Shown here: piece by piece, positions 1-9,963 of the stretch
How the letters are laid out: every line of letters begins with the position of its first letter
Position numbering within the stretch: position 1 is the first letter of the stretch
Source of the DNA: an uncultured Phycisphaerales bacterium
Lineage (GTDB): Bacteria > Planctomycetota > Phycisphaerae > Tepidisphaerales > Tepidisphaeraceae
Direction: 5' to 3'
Assembly (NCBI GenBank): GCA_963755915.1
Contig: CAVWLP010000002.1
Coordinates: 1 to 64,000 of the forward strand
Length of the DNA stretch: 64,000 nt
Notes under the pieces: generated by a model
The model's database searches: none
Seen by the model: the letters and a program-made list of their open reading frames with translations, nothing else
What the model was told of the DNA's origin: nothing
Position numbers and translations under genes: made by a program

Positions 1-592
1 CGCATCGCATTTGGGGATGAAGGCGTACGTCGTTGCGCCATCGCCTCGATTGCCGATCCGACCCCCGGCGTATCCACAAATTCCAGTCCGCGGCGGAGAA
101 ATGGCGACGGAACCTCCACATAAACCGCTCGCACCTGCTTCTTGTCGCCCGGATTGCCTTCTTCGGTCACGTAATCGTTCAGTGCGGACAGCGGTTCGTC
201 ACGCTCAAAATCGGAATGCTCCCATGTCACGACGAGCTGCTCTGCGCGGGCCGAAACGCAGAATTGTAATCGCGCTGGTAAGCGGCAAAACGCCCGTGGA
301 AGAAGTTCACGCCCAACCAGCGCATTCATCAACGAACTCTTGCCTCGTTTGAATTGCCCCACCACCGCAAGTGTGAATCGGTCCTCCGCCAGCTTAACCA
401 TCAACTCATGGCATTGCGCCGTGCGCTCTTTGCTCTGGCGACCGAGAAAGAAGTGTTCCAACAGGCGAACCTGGTGCGTCACCAGAAATTTGTCATTGAT
501 ATATCGCTCTAGCGTCGTTGAATCATCGGATTCAGCGATCTGATTGGTGGAACTGCGGGGATGGTCAGGTCGTCTTCCATGGGCTTGCTCAT
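1..592 (-). CDS. Dynamin-family GTPase, N-terminal part (runs off window; frameshifted)
   Basis: Manual minus-strand translation gives FTLAVVGQFKRGKSSLMNALVGRELL.TGVLPLTSAITILRFG (G1/G2) and VEVPSPFLRRGLEFVDTPGVGS (G3), typical of bacterial dynamin-like proteins. Not in the ORF track. Confidence 0.85.
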
Positions 593-678
593 TGGCCGAT
601 CACAAATGATTCCAAAGCGTCGTTGATGCTTTCTGTTCGCAATCCATCCCCACCTTCCATCCTCGCCATCGTCGTCGC

Positions 679-1061
679 TCACTTTGGCACTGAGGATTCA
701 TTTTGGATCGTCCTCGCCTCTTGGATCGTCCTCGTCTCAATGGCAGCACGTTCTTCTATCCACTTCTTCAGGTTACACGCGCCCTGGTGGTCTGGTTTTT
801 GTTTCAGAGCTTCATCCGCCCACTGGGCTGCCTCCACATATTGCTTGCGACGATAAAGGCATTCAGCCAGGTGAACCTTGAATTCTGGCTCGTATGGATC
901 AGCCAAACGGCGCGGTGAAACTGTGATTCAGCCAATTGCTCCGCGCCGCGGTCGTTGAAGTAAAGTCCCAGTTCATCGCGGTTATAGCCAAGGTATGGGC
1001 TGGGACGCATTATGTTTTCACGACGTTCTTCACGATCGATCTTTCGACGTTTCGCAGCCAT
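679..1061 (-). CDS. Small tetratricopeptide-repeat protein (frameshift near 900)
   Basis: ORFs 804..1070 and 679..906 join into ...LAESQFHRAVW/DPYEPEFKVHLAECLYRRKQYVEAAQWADEALKQKPDH, a TPR helix-pair pattern. Confidence 0.7.
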
Positions 1062-1570
1062 AGAGACCAACCTTCCATATCCATCAAAACGATGAGGCAG
1101 AAAATGCTCGCGGGTTGTCCGGCGTAGAAAGGTCCAGTTCGGTTATCGCGACATTTCCTTCGCATTGGCGGCAGCACGGAAAGACGAATTCCAAGCGGAT
1201 GGCGCGACCAATTCGCACCGCAGCGTCCACTGAAATTCATGTGGGAAATCGGAATCGCACGCACGAGTTCTGCACCGACTCCCACAAGCTACCGCTTGTA
1301 GGAGTTATCAGCACAGTCCCGCGATCTGAGAGGATCTGAAGGCTGGCGCTTTCGGCGAACTCCATCGCCTTTGAGCTGACCGAATTTTACCGTTACCCCG
1401 CTCACGCGGTCAATATGCGTATCCACCAAAGAGGACGTGGACGGCAGGTTCCGTACGGCGTTTCTCTCTGGAAATAACCGGCAACCCAGTTCATTCCCTC
1501 ACGGCCACCTTGCCAGCGTATAGCGCAGCCATGATGATTGGACCGAATAAACGACCTTCGGAGGCAGGCA

Positions 1571-1930
1571 ATGGCTCGACGCGCAACCAAAAAAATGCCG
1601 CCCAAGCGCCCTCGCGCGTCGGCCGATGATATATCGCGGACGACCGAGTATCGCGAGTTGCTGGCCAACATCACGCAACTCATCCGAACAGCCAAGCAAA
1701 CTCCCGCACGTCGCACCACTCAACCACGAGTGACCATGCGAGAATTAAATCTGGCGCGGGCGTTGCGCAGCGTCATGAAGCCCGAAGCCTTGGAGAAATG
1801 GCTGGTTAAGCCCAATGTGGCATTCGATGGCGAAAAGCCGATCGAACTCATCAAGCGCGGCGAAACCCGGCGATTGTGGCAGATGGTTTACGAGCTTCCG
1901 CGGGTAGAGGGACGTGGGTCAAAAACGTGA
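1571..1930 (+). CDS. Xre/MbcA/ParS-type antitoxin C-terminal domain protein (DUF2384-like)
   Basis: EKWLVKPNVAFDGEKPIELI fits the WL..PN..L.G..P.ELL signature; GGAGG lies upstream of ATG 1571. Confidence 0.75.
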   Translation: MARRATKKMPPKRPRASADDISRTTEYRELLANITQLIRTAKQTPARRTTQPRVTMRELNLARALRSVMKPEALEKWLVKPNVAFDGEKPIELIKRGETRRLWQMVYELPRVEGRGSKT

Positions 1931-2081
1931 GACTTTGAGACTGCCGCGCATAACTGTTTGTCTTTTCATCGATTCCAATTCCAATTTCAGTCTCAACGCG
2001 CTTGCGCCGTGAGATTTATGCAGGCTCAGGTTTGAACCTGTGCGCCTCTACATGCGGCCCGTTTTCCAGCGTAGCGCTTCC

Positions 2082-2456
2082 TTACCGCCCCAAGTAATGA
2101 TGTTGACGGATTCTCTCTGCTTCACTTGAGCTCAGTTTTGCCTGTGCAGCATATCCATTCCATCCGCCGATCGCTTCGCGGACCTGCTTGATGACCCGCG
2201 GCGCGGTACCAATGCCAAACCGCTCTGCAACCACGAGAAGATCATCCCTCGTAATACCGGTGAACTTGCCATTAACACCCGTCAGGTGCTGGTTCGTCCA
2301 TTCCCCCTTGGGATTGTACGCGTGCGTAATGTCATACGCAGGTGCCAGTTCCCAGGCCGATCCTTTGCGCAGAAGAAAGGATGTATTTTTTGTGTGATCG
2401 TCGCAGTTGGCCGCCATCACGTTAAATACCATCCGGCGAAAGGCCTCTTCCTTTGC
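2082..2456 (-). pseudogene. hipA: HipA kinase toxin, C-terminal fragment (IS21-interrupted)
   Basis: RRMVFNVMAANCDDHTKNTSFLL...WELAPAYDIT are HipA catalytic motifs. Confidence 0.9.
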
Positions 2457-2578
2457 TGTCACGGGGCGCGCCAAAACCAGCCAGGGCGGGGCGCTTCAAA
2501 ACCGGCCAATGTGCTGACGTATTCTATACCGCATCCGTTCTATCCGACGCAACTGTTCCTTGAGTTATTGGTCCCCGT

Positions 2579-3469
2579 TCACGCCGTCTGGCCGGCGGAT
2601 ACCCCCACATCAGAAGACAACGGCGGCTCTGTCACGGTGTCTTCCGGGGGGGAGCACCCTTCATCGCCGGCGGTACTCCGCCGTCCTTTTGGATTTGTCT
2701 TTTCCGGTGTCCCGGATTGGCCTGCCGTGAGCGAAGTCGAATGGCCCCCATGCCGAAGGCGGTAGCTCTTGCCGGTGATGTTGATGATCGTGGCGTGCTG
2801 CAGGAACCGATCCAGAATGGCCGTGGCCGCCGGCACGTCGCCGATCAGCTTGGCCCAGTCCTCCAGTGGACGGTTGCTGGTCATCATCGTCGAGCGGTTC
2901 TCGTGCCGGCGCATGACGATCTCCAGCAGGCATTCGCCGCTGCGCCGCGGAAGCTGCTTCATTCCCATGTCGTCGATGATAAGCAGATCAGGCTTGAGAT
3001 ACCGGGCCAGCGTCTTGTCCTGGGCTCCCAGATCCTCGTCGCCTAAAAAGTCGCGGGCCAGGTCGAAGATGGATCGGTACAGGACCACCAAGCCGCTCTT
3101 GATCGCCTGGTGTCCGATGGCCTGGGCCAAAAACGATTTGCCCACGCCGGGCGGACCCAGCAAGAGCACGTCACGTTTGTCACGAATGAACTGGCCGGCG
3201 GCCAGATCGTGAATCTGTTTGCGTTTGATGGAGGTGTTGAAGGAGAAGTCGAACTCGTCGAGGTTTTTGGTGTCGCGGAACATCGCCGCCTTGACGCGCC
3301 GGCCGATCTGCCGGCTGGATCGGACGTTCAGTTCATCCTGAAGGATCAGTTCCAAAAACTCACTGTGGTCGAGCCGATTGCCGGCCGCCTCGCTCAGGCG
3401 AACTTCAAGGCTGCTCGCCAGACCTGAAAGCCGAAGTTGCTTGAGCGTCTGCATCAACGAAGGTCTCAT
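2579..3469 (-). CDS. istB: IS21 helper ATPase IstB
   Basis: Walker A GPPGVGKS, Walker B LLIIDDMG, TSNRPLEDW and AILDRFL motifs. Confidence 0.95.
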   Translation of the reverse strand: MRPSLMQTLKQLRLSGLASSLEVRLSEAAGNRLDHSEFLELILQDELNVRSSRQIGRRVKAAMFRDTKNLDEFDFSFNTSIKRKQIHDLAAGQFIRDKRDVLLLGPPGVGKSFLAQAIGHQAIKSGLVVLYRSIFDLARDFLGDEDLGAQDKTLARYLKPDLLIIDDMGMKQLPRRSGECLLEIVMRRHENRSTMMTSNRPLEDWAKLIGDVPAATAILDRFLQHATIINITGKSYRLRHGGHSTSLTAGQSGTPEKTNPKGRRSTAGDEGCSPPEDTVTEPPLSSDVGVSAGQTA

Positions 3470-5125
3470 GGGGTGGACTCCCTTCGGCTCTGCTCAGGGC
3501 AGGCCTGTAAAGGTTGTGCGGCAGGCAAAGCCTCCGCTTGGGTGATTGCGTCGCGTACGAACTGTCCGTAATCGGCCAGTCCGCGGATGATTGGATGTTC
3601 CTGAACAAACTCGAAGTGTTGTTGAACCGGCGCGCCGTTTTGGTGTTCGATGAGCTGCCGCAGGGAGCGCAGGTGATACGCGCCATGCCCCAGAGCAATC
3701 TCGCAGGCTCGTTCCACGGCCGGTCGCGGCTGCTGATTGGCCAGCGACAGCAGCCCCATCAACACGCGCACGCCTTCGATGCCGCGATGCTGAAGCATTG
3801 ACTGCGCCCACTGCGTGGCGTGCGGCCCGATGCATTCGATCCGCTGGAGAAGCCAGGTCGTTCCACGCTCGATGCCGCTGATCTTCTCCGGCAGGATATG
3901 GGCGTCTTGCGTCGAGAACCTGCCCGGCGGACGCTGCGCGTGCAGAGCGATCGCACGCATCTTCTGATCGAACAGCCGGACCGTGCGCCGTCCCACCGCG
4001 CCCAGACCCGCTGGCCCAAAAACTCCGGCGGGACCGAATAGTACGCCCCCTTGATCTCCACGTGCCCGTCGCGGTGAACACTGCGCAACGCCTCGGTGAA
4101 AAGATCGAATCGCACCGGCGGCAGAGCCAACAGTGCCGGCTTCTCTACCTGCTCGAAGACTTCCTTCACCTGCCGCCGCGTCGTGCCGTGGATGCGCGTG
4201 TCGGCCACGCTCTTCTCCCACGTCAGCAGATGCGCGTTCTGATCCGAGAGCGAGGCGAATTGCCGGCCTTTGAGAGCATTGCTCTTCACATAGCCGATGC
4301 CCCGCTCGATCTTCCCCTTGTGCCGCGGCGTGTACGGCTTGGTGGGCAGAATGGCGATTCCATAATGTTCGGCGAACGACCGGACCTTGGGACACAACTC
4401 CGCCTCGAACCAGTCCGCCCGCGTCACCGCCGCGCGAAGATTGTCGATCACCAGCGCTGACGGCATCCCGCCGAAGTGCGTAAAGGCATTTTCCAGACAA
4501 CGCAGAAAATCATCGGTCGTCTGCCGCTCCACCGCCTCGGCGTACCCCTTGCGGCTGTGGCTCAGCACAATGCGGAAGACCCAGGTTGCTTTGCGTTTGC
4601 CGTCAGGACCGACCAGGGCGCACCCCGGCCGAAGTCCACCTGCGCCTCGGCTCCCGGCTCGCATTCCATCCGGCGCACGCTGTAATAGCTGCCGGCATAG
4701 CCGTGATCGCTGGAGATGTCTTGATAAATCCGCTGGGCCGTCAGCCCGGCTTCCAACTTCTGAACAATGACCTCACGCCAGGGCGATGCCGTACTGACCG
4801 ACCCGATGGGCGCGCCGGATAACCCGGTGGGCGCGCTCTCCGAGCCGCCTGCGGCGAGCACCGTCGAGCCGCCTGCGGCGAGCACCGTCGAGCCGCCTGC
4901 GGCGAGCACCGTCGAGCCGCCTGCGGCGAGCACCGTCGAGCCGAGGGCGCGCTGGCCGGTTTTGAATCCGATCCGGGCGCCGCAGGATCGCCGCCCGACA
5001 ACCGGATGTGGCGTCCAACGGTCTCCCGGTGAACGCCGAGTTGGCGGGCGATGTTCCGATTGGACCAGCCGCTGCGCAAGTGCCAAAATTGCTTGTACTT
5101 CCGCCATCTTGAGTTGATTGGCCAT
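3466..5125 (-). CDS. istA: IS21 transposase IstA (several frameshifts)
   Basis: PGAEAQVDFG, LVIDNLRAAV, PRHKGKIERG, RIHGTT and YYSVP motifs across overlapping ORFs. Confidence 0.9.
4842..4943. repeat. 24-bp perfect tandem repeat, 4.25 copies, inside istA
   Basis: Unit GAGCCGCCTGCGGCGAGCACCGTC starts at 4842, 4866, 4890 and 4914, with a partial copy at 4938. Confidence 0.95.
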
Positions 5126-5242
5126 CCCACCATTGGCTTGCGGCAACCGCCGAAAGCCAAGGTCGATAACCCAATCTCCTGTGCCTCAAAATGGCCGGTT
5201 TTGGCGCGCCCTCAATTGGCCGGTTTTGCGCGCCCCATGACA

Positions 5243-6157
5243 CTTTGCCGGATATCTTAGCCCCAGTTGTTCGATCGTCAGGAAAAGTTGACTGTAATCG
5301 TGCGTAGCCTTCTGTCGGTAGTCCAAGTGTGCCATCGCGCACAGAGTCTGCGTGTGGTGCTTGATGTTCCCATCCCGGTCAAACCGCTGTGTCATGAAAT
5401 GCGCACGACCATTCTCTTCCAGCAGCCTGCAAGTAGAAATCGTTATCCCAGCGTCCCGGGCCATCAGAAAATACGCGTATTCGATCCGTCCATAATCCTG
5501 CGTTCCGCCCAACTCCCGATCCGGCCCCATTCCGTCAAACTTCAGCAGCCAGTGCTCGTAACCCGGTTCGACGTCAAACTGTCCGGCGCGAATTTCATTG
5601 CTCTGCGCGTTCCACGCGATGGCCGCCTTGGCGCGGCGCCGCCGGCCGAGGTTCCCATCTGGATGATCTGGCTCAGTGCCGACTGCGCTAATTTGTCGGA
5701 ATCGATTTCACCGTGAACGGCCGCGCGCCGATTCCACCAGTTTCGACAGCTTGATGGCCGTCGTACTCGCAGCGTGGCTGCCGCGCGCCGGTTTAAACTC
5801 CAACGCTCCCATCCCGCGCTTGCCCATATAGGCCAGACGATCCAGCGGGGTGATCTCCTCCTTAGCGATGCCGTGGCGAGCCATCCACGCATCGATCAGG
5901 CTGTTACCGAAATCATCGGGCAGCGCGTCGGACAGCATTGCGGGCAGACGCTTAAAAGTCCGTTCTGCAAGGTCGGTGAACACAAACGGTTCACCGGCAC
6001 GGGAGAGGGGCATCTTCAATGGCGCAAGCTCGATGGCTGAGGCGGCGAACTTCGGATCATACTCAAAAGCGTAAAACTCCAGGTTCGGGTCCAACGCCAC
6101 AGCACCCACTTTGCGTCCCCAGACGCGCACCTCGATTGCTTTCACTGGTTTAAACAT
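5243..6157 (-). pseudogene. hipA: HipA toxin, N-terminal part (IS21-interrupted; also frameshifted)
   Basis: LSDALPDDFGN...LDRLAYMGKRGMGALEF, GTSAGGA, IEYAYFLMA and HFMTQRFDR motifs; frame rejoins the 2082-2456 fragment as LRYPAKEEAFRRM once the IS is removed. Confidence 0.9.
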
Positions 6158-6455
6158 GTTTCTTGCGTCTCGACGCCCGCTGTCGCGGGTGCTTTGTCTT
6201 CAATAATTGCAGGGGACTGATTGATACATTCGGCGCCAGCGATTGAAGCCACTCCACCCGGTCCAGTGCCCGAAGCACCTTAATCAGCGACGATAGTGTC
6301 GCTCCATTGCCCGTCTCCAGGTTCTTCACTGCATTCAGCGCAACTCCCGCCATTTCAGAGAGTTGCTTTTGATCGATTTCCTTTCGCAAGCGCAATTGGC
6401 GGAGCTGTGTTCCCACCTCGGCTGCCCATTCCTCTGTTGTCAGTGCAGTTGCCAT
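6150..6455 (-). CDS. hipB: HipB-like XRE HTH antitoxin
   Basis: 101-aa HTH (QKQLSEMAGVALNAVKNLETG) overlapping the hipA start. Confidence 0.85.
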   Translation of the reverse strand: MATALTTEEWAAEVGTQLRQLRLRKEIDQKQLSEMAGVALNAVKNLETGNGATLSSLIKVLRALDRVEWLQSLAPNVSISPLQLLKTKHPRQRASRRKKHV

Positions 6456-6926
6456 TAAAAGCCTTTATTAGGTACATTATCGGATAAATCCTATGCAATA
6501 GTCCTAAAAAAGTCCATTTATGTGAATTCCAAAAATTGGGTTAGTGGTTTCCATCCAATCGTCGCGGTTCCAGAATTCCAAGAGGATCGAATATGCGGAG
6601 GTCAAAGAAGGCGCACGACGCAAGTATTCCGGCTTACACCTCTGCGGCAGGATACGACTCAACGTACTCCTCCTGGCCCGATTCCCCAACGCCAAGAACG
6701 TGCCGAAACGTGGCCAGCTTGCTGGGTTGTTTGTAAAATCGGTTCGGACCTCCGGAGTATGTGCCCGACGAAGGCGCTCGTTTCCTGTACACAAAAACTG
6801 TACACAATTTGTTGGAAAACATGGCAAATAAGGGTATCATGGAGCCTCACGGCTCAGGGTTGTAACTCCCTGAGGATGTCAGGAGTTCCAGCATTCATCG
6901 GCACTTAGGGTTTTCGAGCGAATCAC

Positions 6927-6971
6927 GCTCATAACCCGGAGGTCGGAGGTTCGAATCCTCCCCCCGCTATG
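6927..6971 (+). pseudogene. 3' half of tRNA-Met(CAT), an att-site remnant
   Basis: GCTCATAACCCGGAGGTCGGAGGTTCGAATCCTCCCCCCGCTA contains the anticodon loop, T-arm and 3' acceptor strand; no D-arm or 5' acceptor strand upstream. Confidence 0.85.
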
Positions 6972-8548
6972 CCCGGTGCCCGCAAAGAATCATCCGATTC
7001 CTTGCGGGCATCGTCGTTTATGTTCCAGTCGTCGTTTTTCTGCACCACACGCCCATCTGGAAGAACCAGCATCGGCCCGGCCACTTCCTCAATGAATCGG
7101 TTGAGTTGCGGCGGAGTGAGAAGCCCGGCAAAATTCTGCCGCGCTTCAAGGAACTGCGCTGCGGACATCCGCCAGCAGGCCATCTGAATTTGCGATCCCT
7201 CGAACCGCAACTGCTTCTAATGCCTCGCGCAACTGCTCCCGCTTGCTTTCCGCCTCGGCCATCTGCCGCGCGATCGACTTCTTGGCCAACGGCTCGATGT
7301 CGGGGTCGATCAATATTCGGCTCAGCCCAACAAGCAACTTATCCTGCTCGGCGATTTTCGCTTTGAGCCGGTCGGAATCGTTGCGGTTCAAGTCAAGCGT
7401 TTCCTTTGCCATCGCCGCCGCCTCGGCCAAAACAGCGTCCATGTCCTCGAACATCGCCGTCATGGCGCGTGTAACGCGGTCCATCAACTTGTCCTCTCGG
7501 ACGAACACGGAATTGGGGCAGGCTTCCGGCCCCTGCATTTGTCGTTTACCGCAACCGTAATAGTGATACTCGCCCTTGGTGTTCTTGCTCGTTCGGCAGT
7601 GGCAGACGTTTCCGCACTCGGCGCAGAATAAATGGCGCGTGAAGGGCCGCAGTTCCCTTGGTCCTCGCGGCCTTCGCTTGCCGTTTGCGGCAAATCGTTC
7701 TTGAACCCGGCCAAACATCTCATCGTCGATAATCCGCAAGGATTCATCCCGCTGCGTCAACTGGCTCGATTCCTCGTTGAAATGGGGGAGCCGTCGCCCC
7801 GTATCCCGATTCAATCGGAAGCAGCGGCGCAAGTATCGAACCTCACCCACTACCATTCGATTCGTCAGGATGCCGCGCAACGTCGTGAATTGCCACGGCC
7901 TGCCTAAGCGGGTTGGAATGTTTTTCTGGCGCAGCCGTCGGGCAAGCTCTTTCATGCCGATGCTCTCAGATAGGTAATTTGTAAACAAGAATCGAACGAC
8001 TTCCGCCTCCTCCGGCTGAATCGCCAGCTTCTTCTTTCCATCTGGCGCGGCAATGACCTGGTATCCATAAGGCGCTGGGCCTCCGGTCCAGCATCCTTCT
8101 TTGTGCCGCTGGATCAGGCCCCGCGCGTCCGCTCGGCCAATACGCGGCTGTAGTCAGCGGCAACCACCAGTTGCACGCCTCGCGCCAGCGCGTTCGTGCC
8201 TTCGGTGACGCTGACCACCTCCACGCCACACCGTTCCAAATCCTCCACCAGCACATGGGTTTCGGCGGCGCGCCCAAGCCGGTCGAACTTGTAGACGTAT
8301 AGCTTGCCAATCCGTCCGGCCTCGGCTTCCTGAATCAGCCGAAGCAATTCAGTCCGTCCCCCAGTGGTTCGACCGGTCTTGGCTTGGTCGATGAAGTGAA
8401 CCAGCTTTCGGGCCGCCATCCGCTCGCACGATTCAATCTGCACCGCGATACTGGTTGAATCGTCCTGGGAATGACTGGAGTACCGGGCATAAAGGGCGTC
8501 GTGCTTACCGCTCTCCTGATGATTGTTGATTGTCGCCACCATGGTCAT
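6929..8548 (-). CDS. Large serine recombinase (resolvase + recombinase + Zn-ribbon + coiled coil), frameshifts near 8115 and 7205
   Basis: ALYARYSS (catalytic Ser), DRLGR, GPAPYGY, LFCAECG...YYGC Zn ribbon; C-terminus IAGGGFEPPTSGL is read antisense through the tRNA fragment. Confidence 0.9.
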
Positions 8549-8891
8549 TGCTCCGATTGCGCTGTCTATATAGTTGTACGGCGCGTGCCGCGATCATCTC
8601 GACCAGCCATCGCCGCGCCTTGGCCCGGTCGAGCGTGAACATTTTACCATCGGGAGCATCGGAGGACCGGCGCCAGGGGAATATTTCGGCAAGGATTTTG
8701 TGGTCTGCGATTCGACGGCTGACACGACCCGCCTCCAGCGCGTAAGCGAAAGCGCCGACCTGTGCCGGTCGCCCGCGTAATAGCCGTATGGTAGATGTTA
8801 GGTATAGTCAAAGTCAATGTTATATTCCAAGGCATACGGGATTCCCCAGCCCATCGCCGGGCCTCCGGCTGCGATCTTCCGCCGCGCATTC

Positions 8892-9047
8892 TTCCCCGCT
8901 CCCGGCCCATAGCGGAAGGGTTTTTCTGCCGGGTCGGGGGTTGTCAATGTGGATCGCCCAGCGGGAGGGGTCCCCGTGTACTCACGGGGAGGGACATTGA
9001 CAACCCCTGGCACGGCACACAATCGAGCTATGGGCCCGGAGCGGGAA
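8892..9047. repeat. ~155-bp nested inverted repeat (long hairpin)
   Basis: TTCCCCGCTCCCGGCCCATAGC/GCTATGGGCCCGGAGCGGGAA; GGGGTTGTCAATGT/ACATTGACAACCCC; TCCCCGTG-TACT-CACGGGGA. Confidence 0.85.
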
Positions 9048-9139
9048 TCCCCAAGCTGCCTGCGCAGCAGTCCCTATTCTTCTGGTGTCTTTTCTGGAAT
9101 GGTCGGTATAATCGGCATCAAACAGGAGAAGGATTCAAC

Positions 9140-9391
9140 ATGGCAAAAGGCAAAAGCGCCACTCGCCCGTCCAAGCCGGATGATAAGCCCAAGACCCTCC
9201 AGCGAACCTACCGCTTCAACACAAAACTATTTGAGGCATTTGAAGACGACTGCGCTACTCACCTGTCAAACCCCAAGCGGGTCATAGAGGCGTTGATCCT
9301 TCACTGGCTGGATGCCGACAAAGACGACCGCGCCGCGATGGCGCACAAACACCGCGAACGGATCGGGTCCGCCTCCCGCGACGACGAATAA
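9140..9391 (+). CDS. Small putative ribbon-helix-helix DNA-binding protein
   Basis: AGGAG upstream; QRTYRFNTKLFEAFEDDC...PKRVIEALILHWL fits a strand-helix-helix pattern. Confidence 0.6.
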   Translation: MAKGKSATRPSKPDDKPKTLQRTYRFNTKLFEAFEDDCATHLSNPKRVIEALILHWLDADKDDRAAMAHKHRERIGSASRDDE

Positions 9392-9474
9392 AAATCTGTC
9401 CGGCGGTGTGGCGCAACGCGTAGGCGCATTGCTGCGCCGCAATTCCTGATTATTTGCCAAACAGGCTGGTGGAA

Positions 9475-9963
9475 TTATCTGGCGGGGTCTCTTTGGGCTG
9501 TTGTTTCAGCGGGCATGGGCGATCTGGCTCGGGTCTTGGCAGTGATTTGGGCGCTTCCTGCCTGCGCCGGGTCCATCACCGATCGTCGGTTACGGCGATT
9601 GGTCGCCAACGCATCCAGAAACACCTCAAATCGGTTGGCGGCGCTGGCCCACGCTGCATCCTTGTGTTCCGGCCTGACCGCCGGCGTGTGGCGAAGGAAC
9701 GTGCGCACATACATCGCCAACATCTCCCGGACCAGCTCATGCTGTGTCTGTTGGTCCTCATGCAGCTTTACCAGCCGATTGAAACAGCGGTCAACGGCCT
9801 TGAGCATGATTTGCTCCTGCTTCTCGCGGTATTCGGGCATCAGCGCTTGGCGGGCGGCATCTACAACGACTGAGCCAAGGGACGATCTGGTTAGTGTCGC
9901 CTGCACCTTGATGATCTTGAGCAACTCGTCGTCCAGCCGGATTGTCAGGGGATACTTATCCAT
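9475..9963 (-). CDS. CopG/RHH-family relaxosome accessory protein
   Basis: LTIRLDDELL...SLGSVVVDAARQAL N-terminus; TGATG overlap with the relaxase stop; resembles the RHH gene of Tn4371-type elements. Confidence 0.7.
   Translation of the reverse strand: MDKYPLTIRLDDELLKIIKVQATLTRSSLGSVVVDAARQALMPEYREKQEQIMLKAVDRCFNRLVKLHEDQQTQHELVREMLAMYVRTFLRHTPAVRPEHKDAAWASAANRFEVFLDALATNRRNRRSVMDPAQAGSAQITAKTRARSPMPAETTAQRDPAR

Larger units (their letters stand above)
2457..5242 (-). mobile_element. IS21-family insertion sequence (copy A, 2786 bp)
   Basis: Terminal IRs TGTCACGGGGCGCGCCAAAACC / TGTCATGGGGCGCGCAAAACC; 6-bp target duplication CTTTGC at 2451-2456 and 5243-5248; contains istA and istB. Confidence 0.95.

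Noticed and set aside
4842-4943. Possible CRISPR array
   Set aside because: The units are contiguous with no spacers, lie inside istA, and no cas genes are present.
6890-6975. Intact tRNA-Met gene
   Set aside because: No D-arm or 5' acceptor strand is present; only the 3' half.
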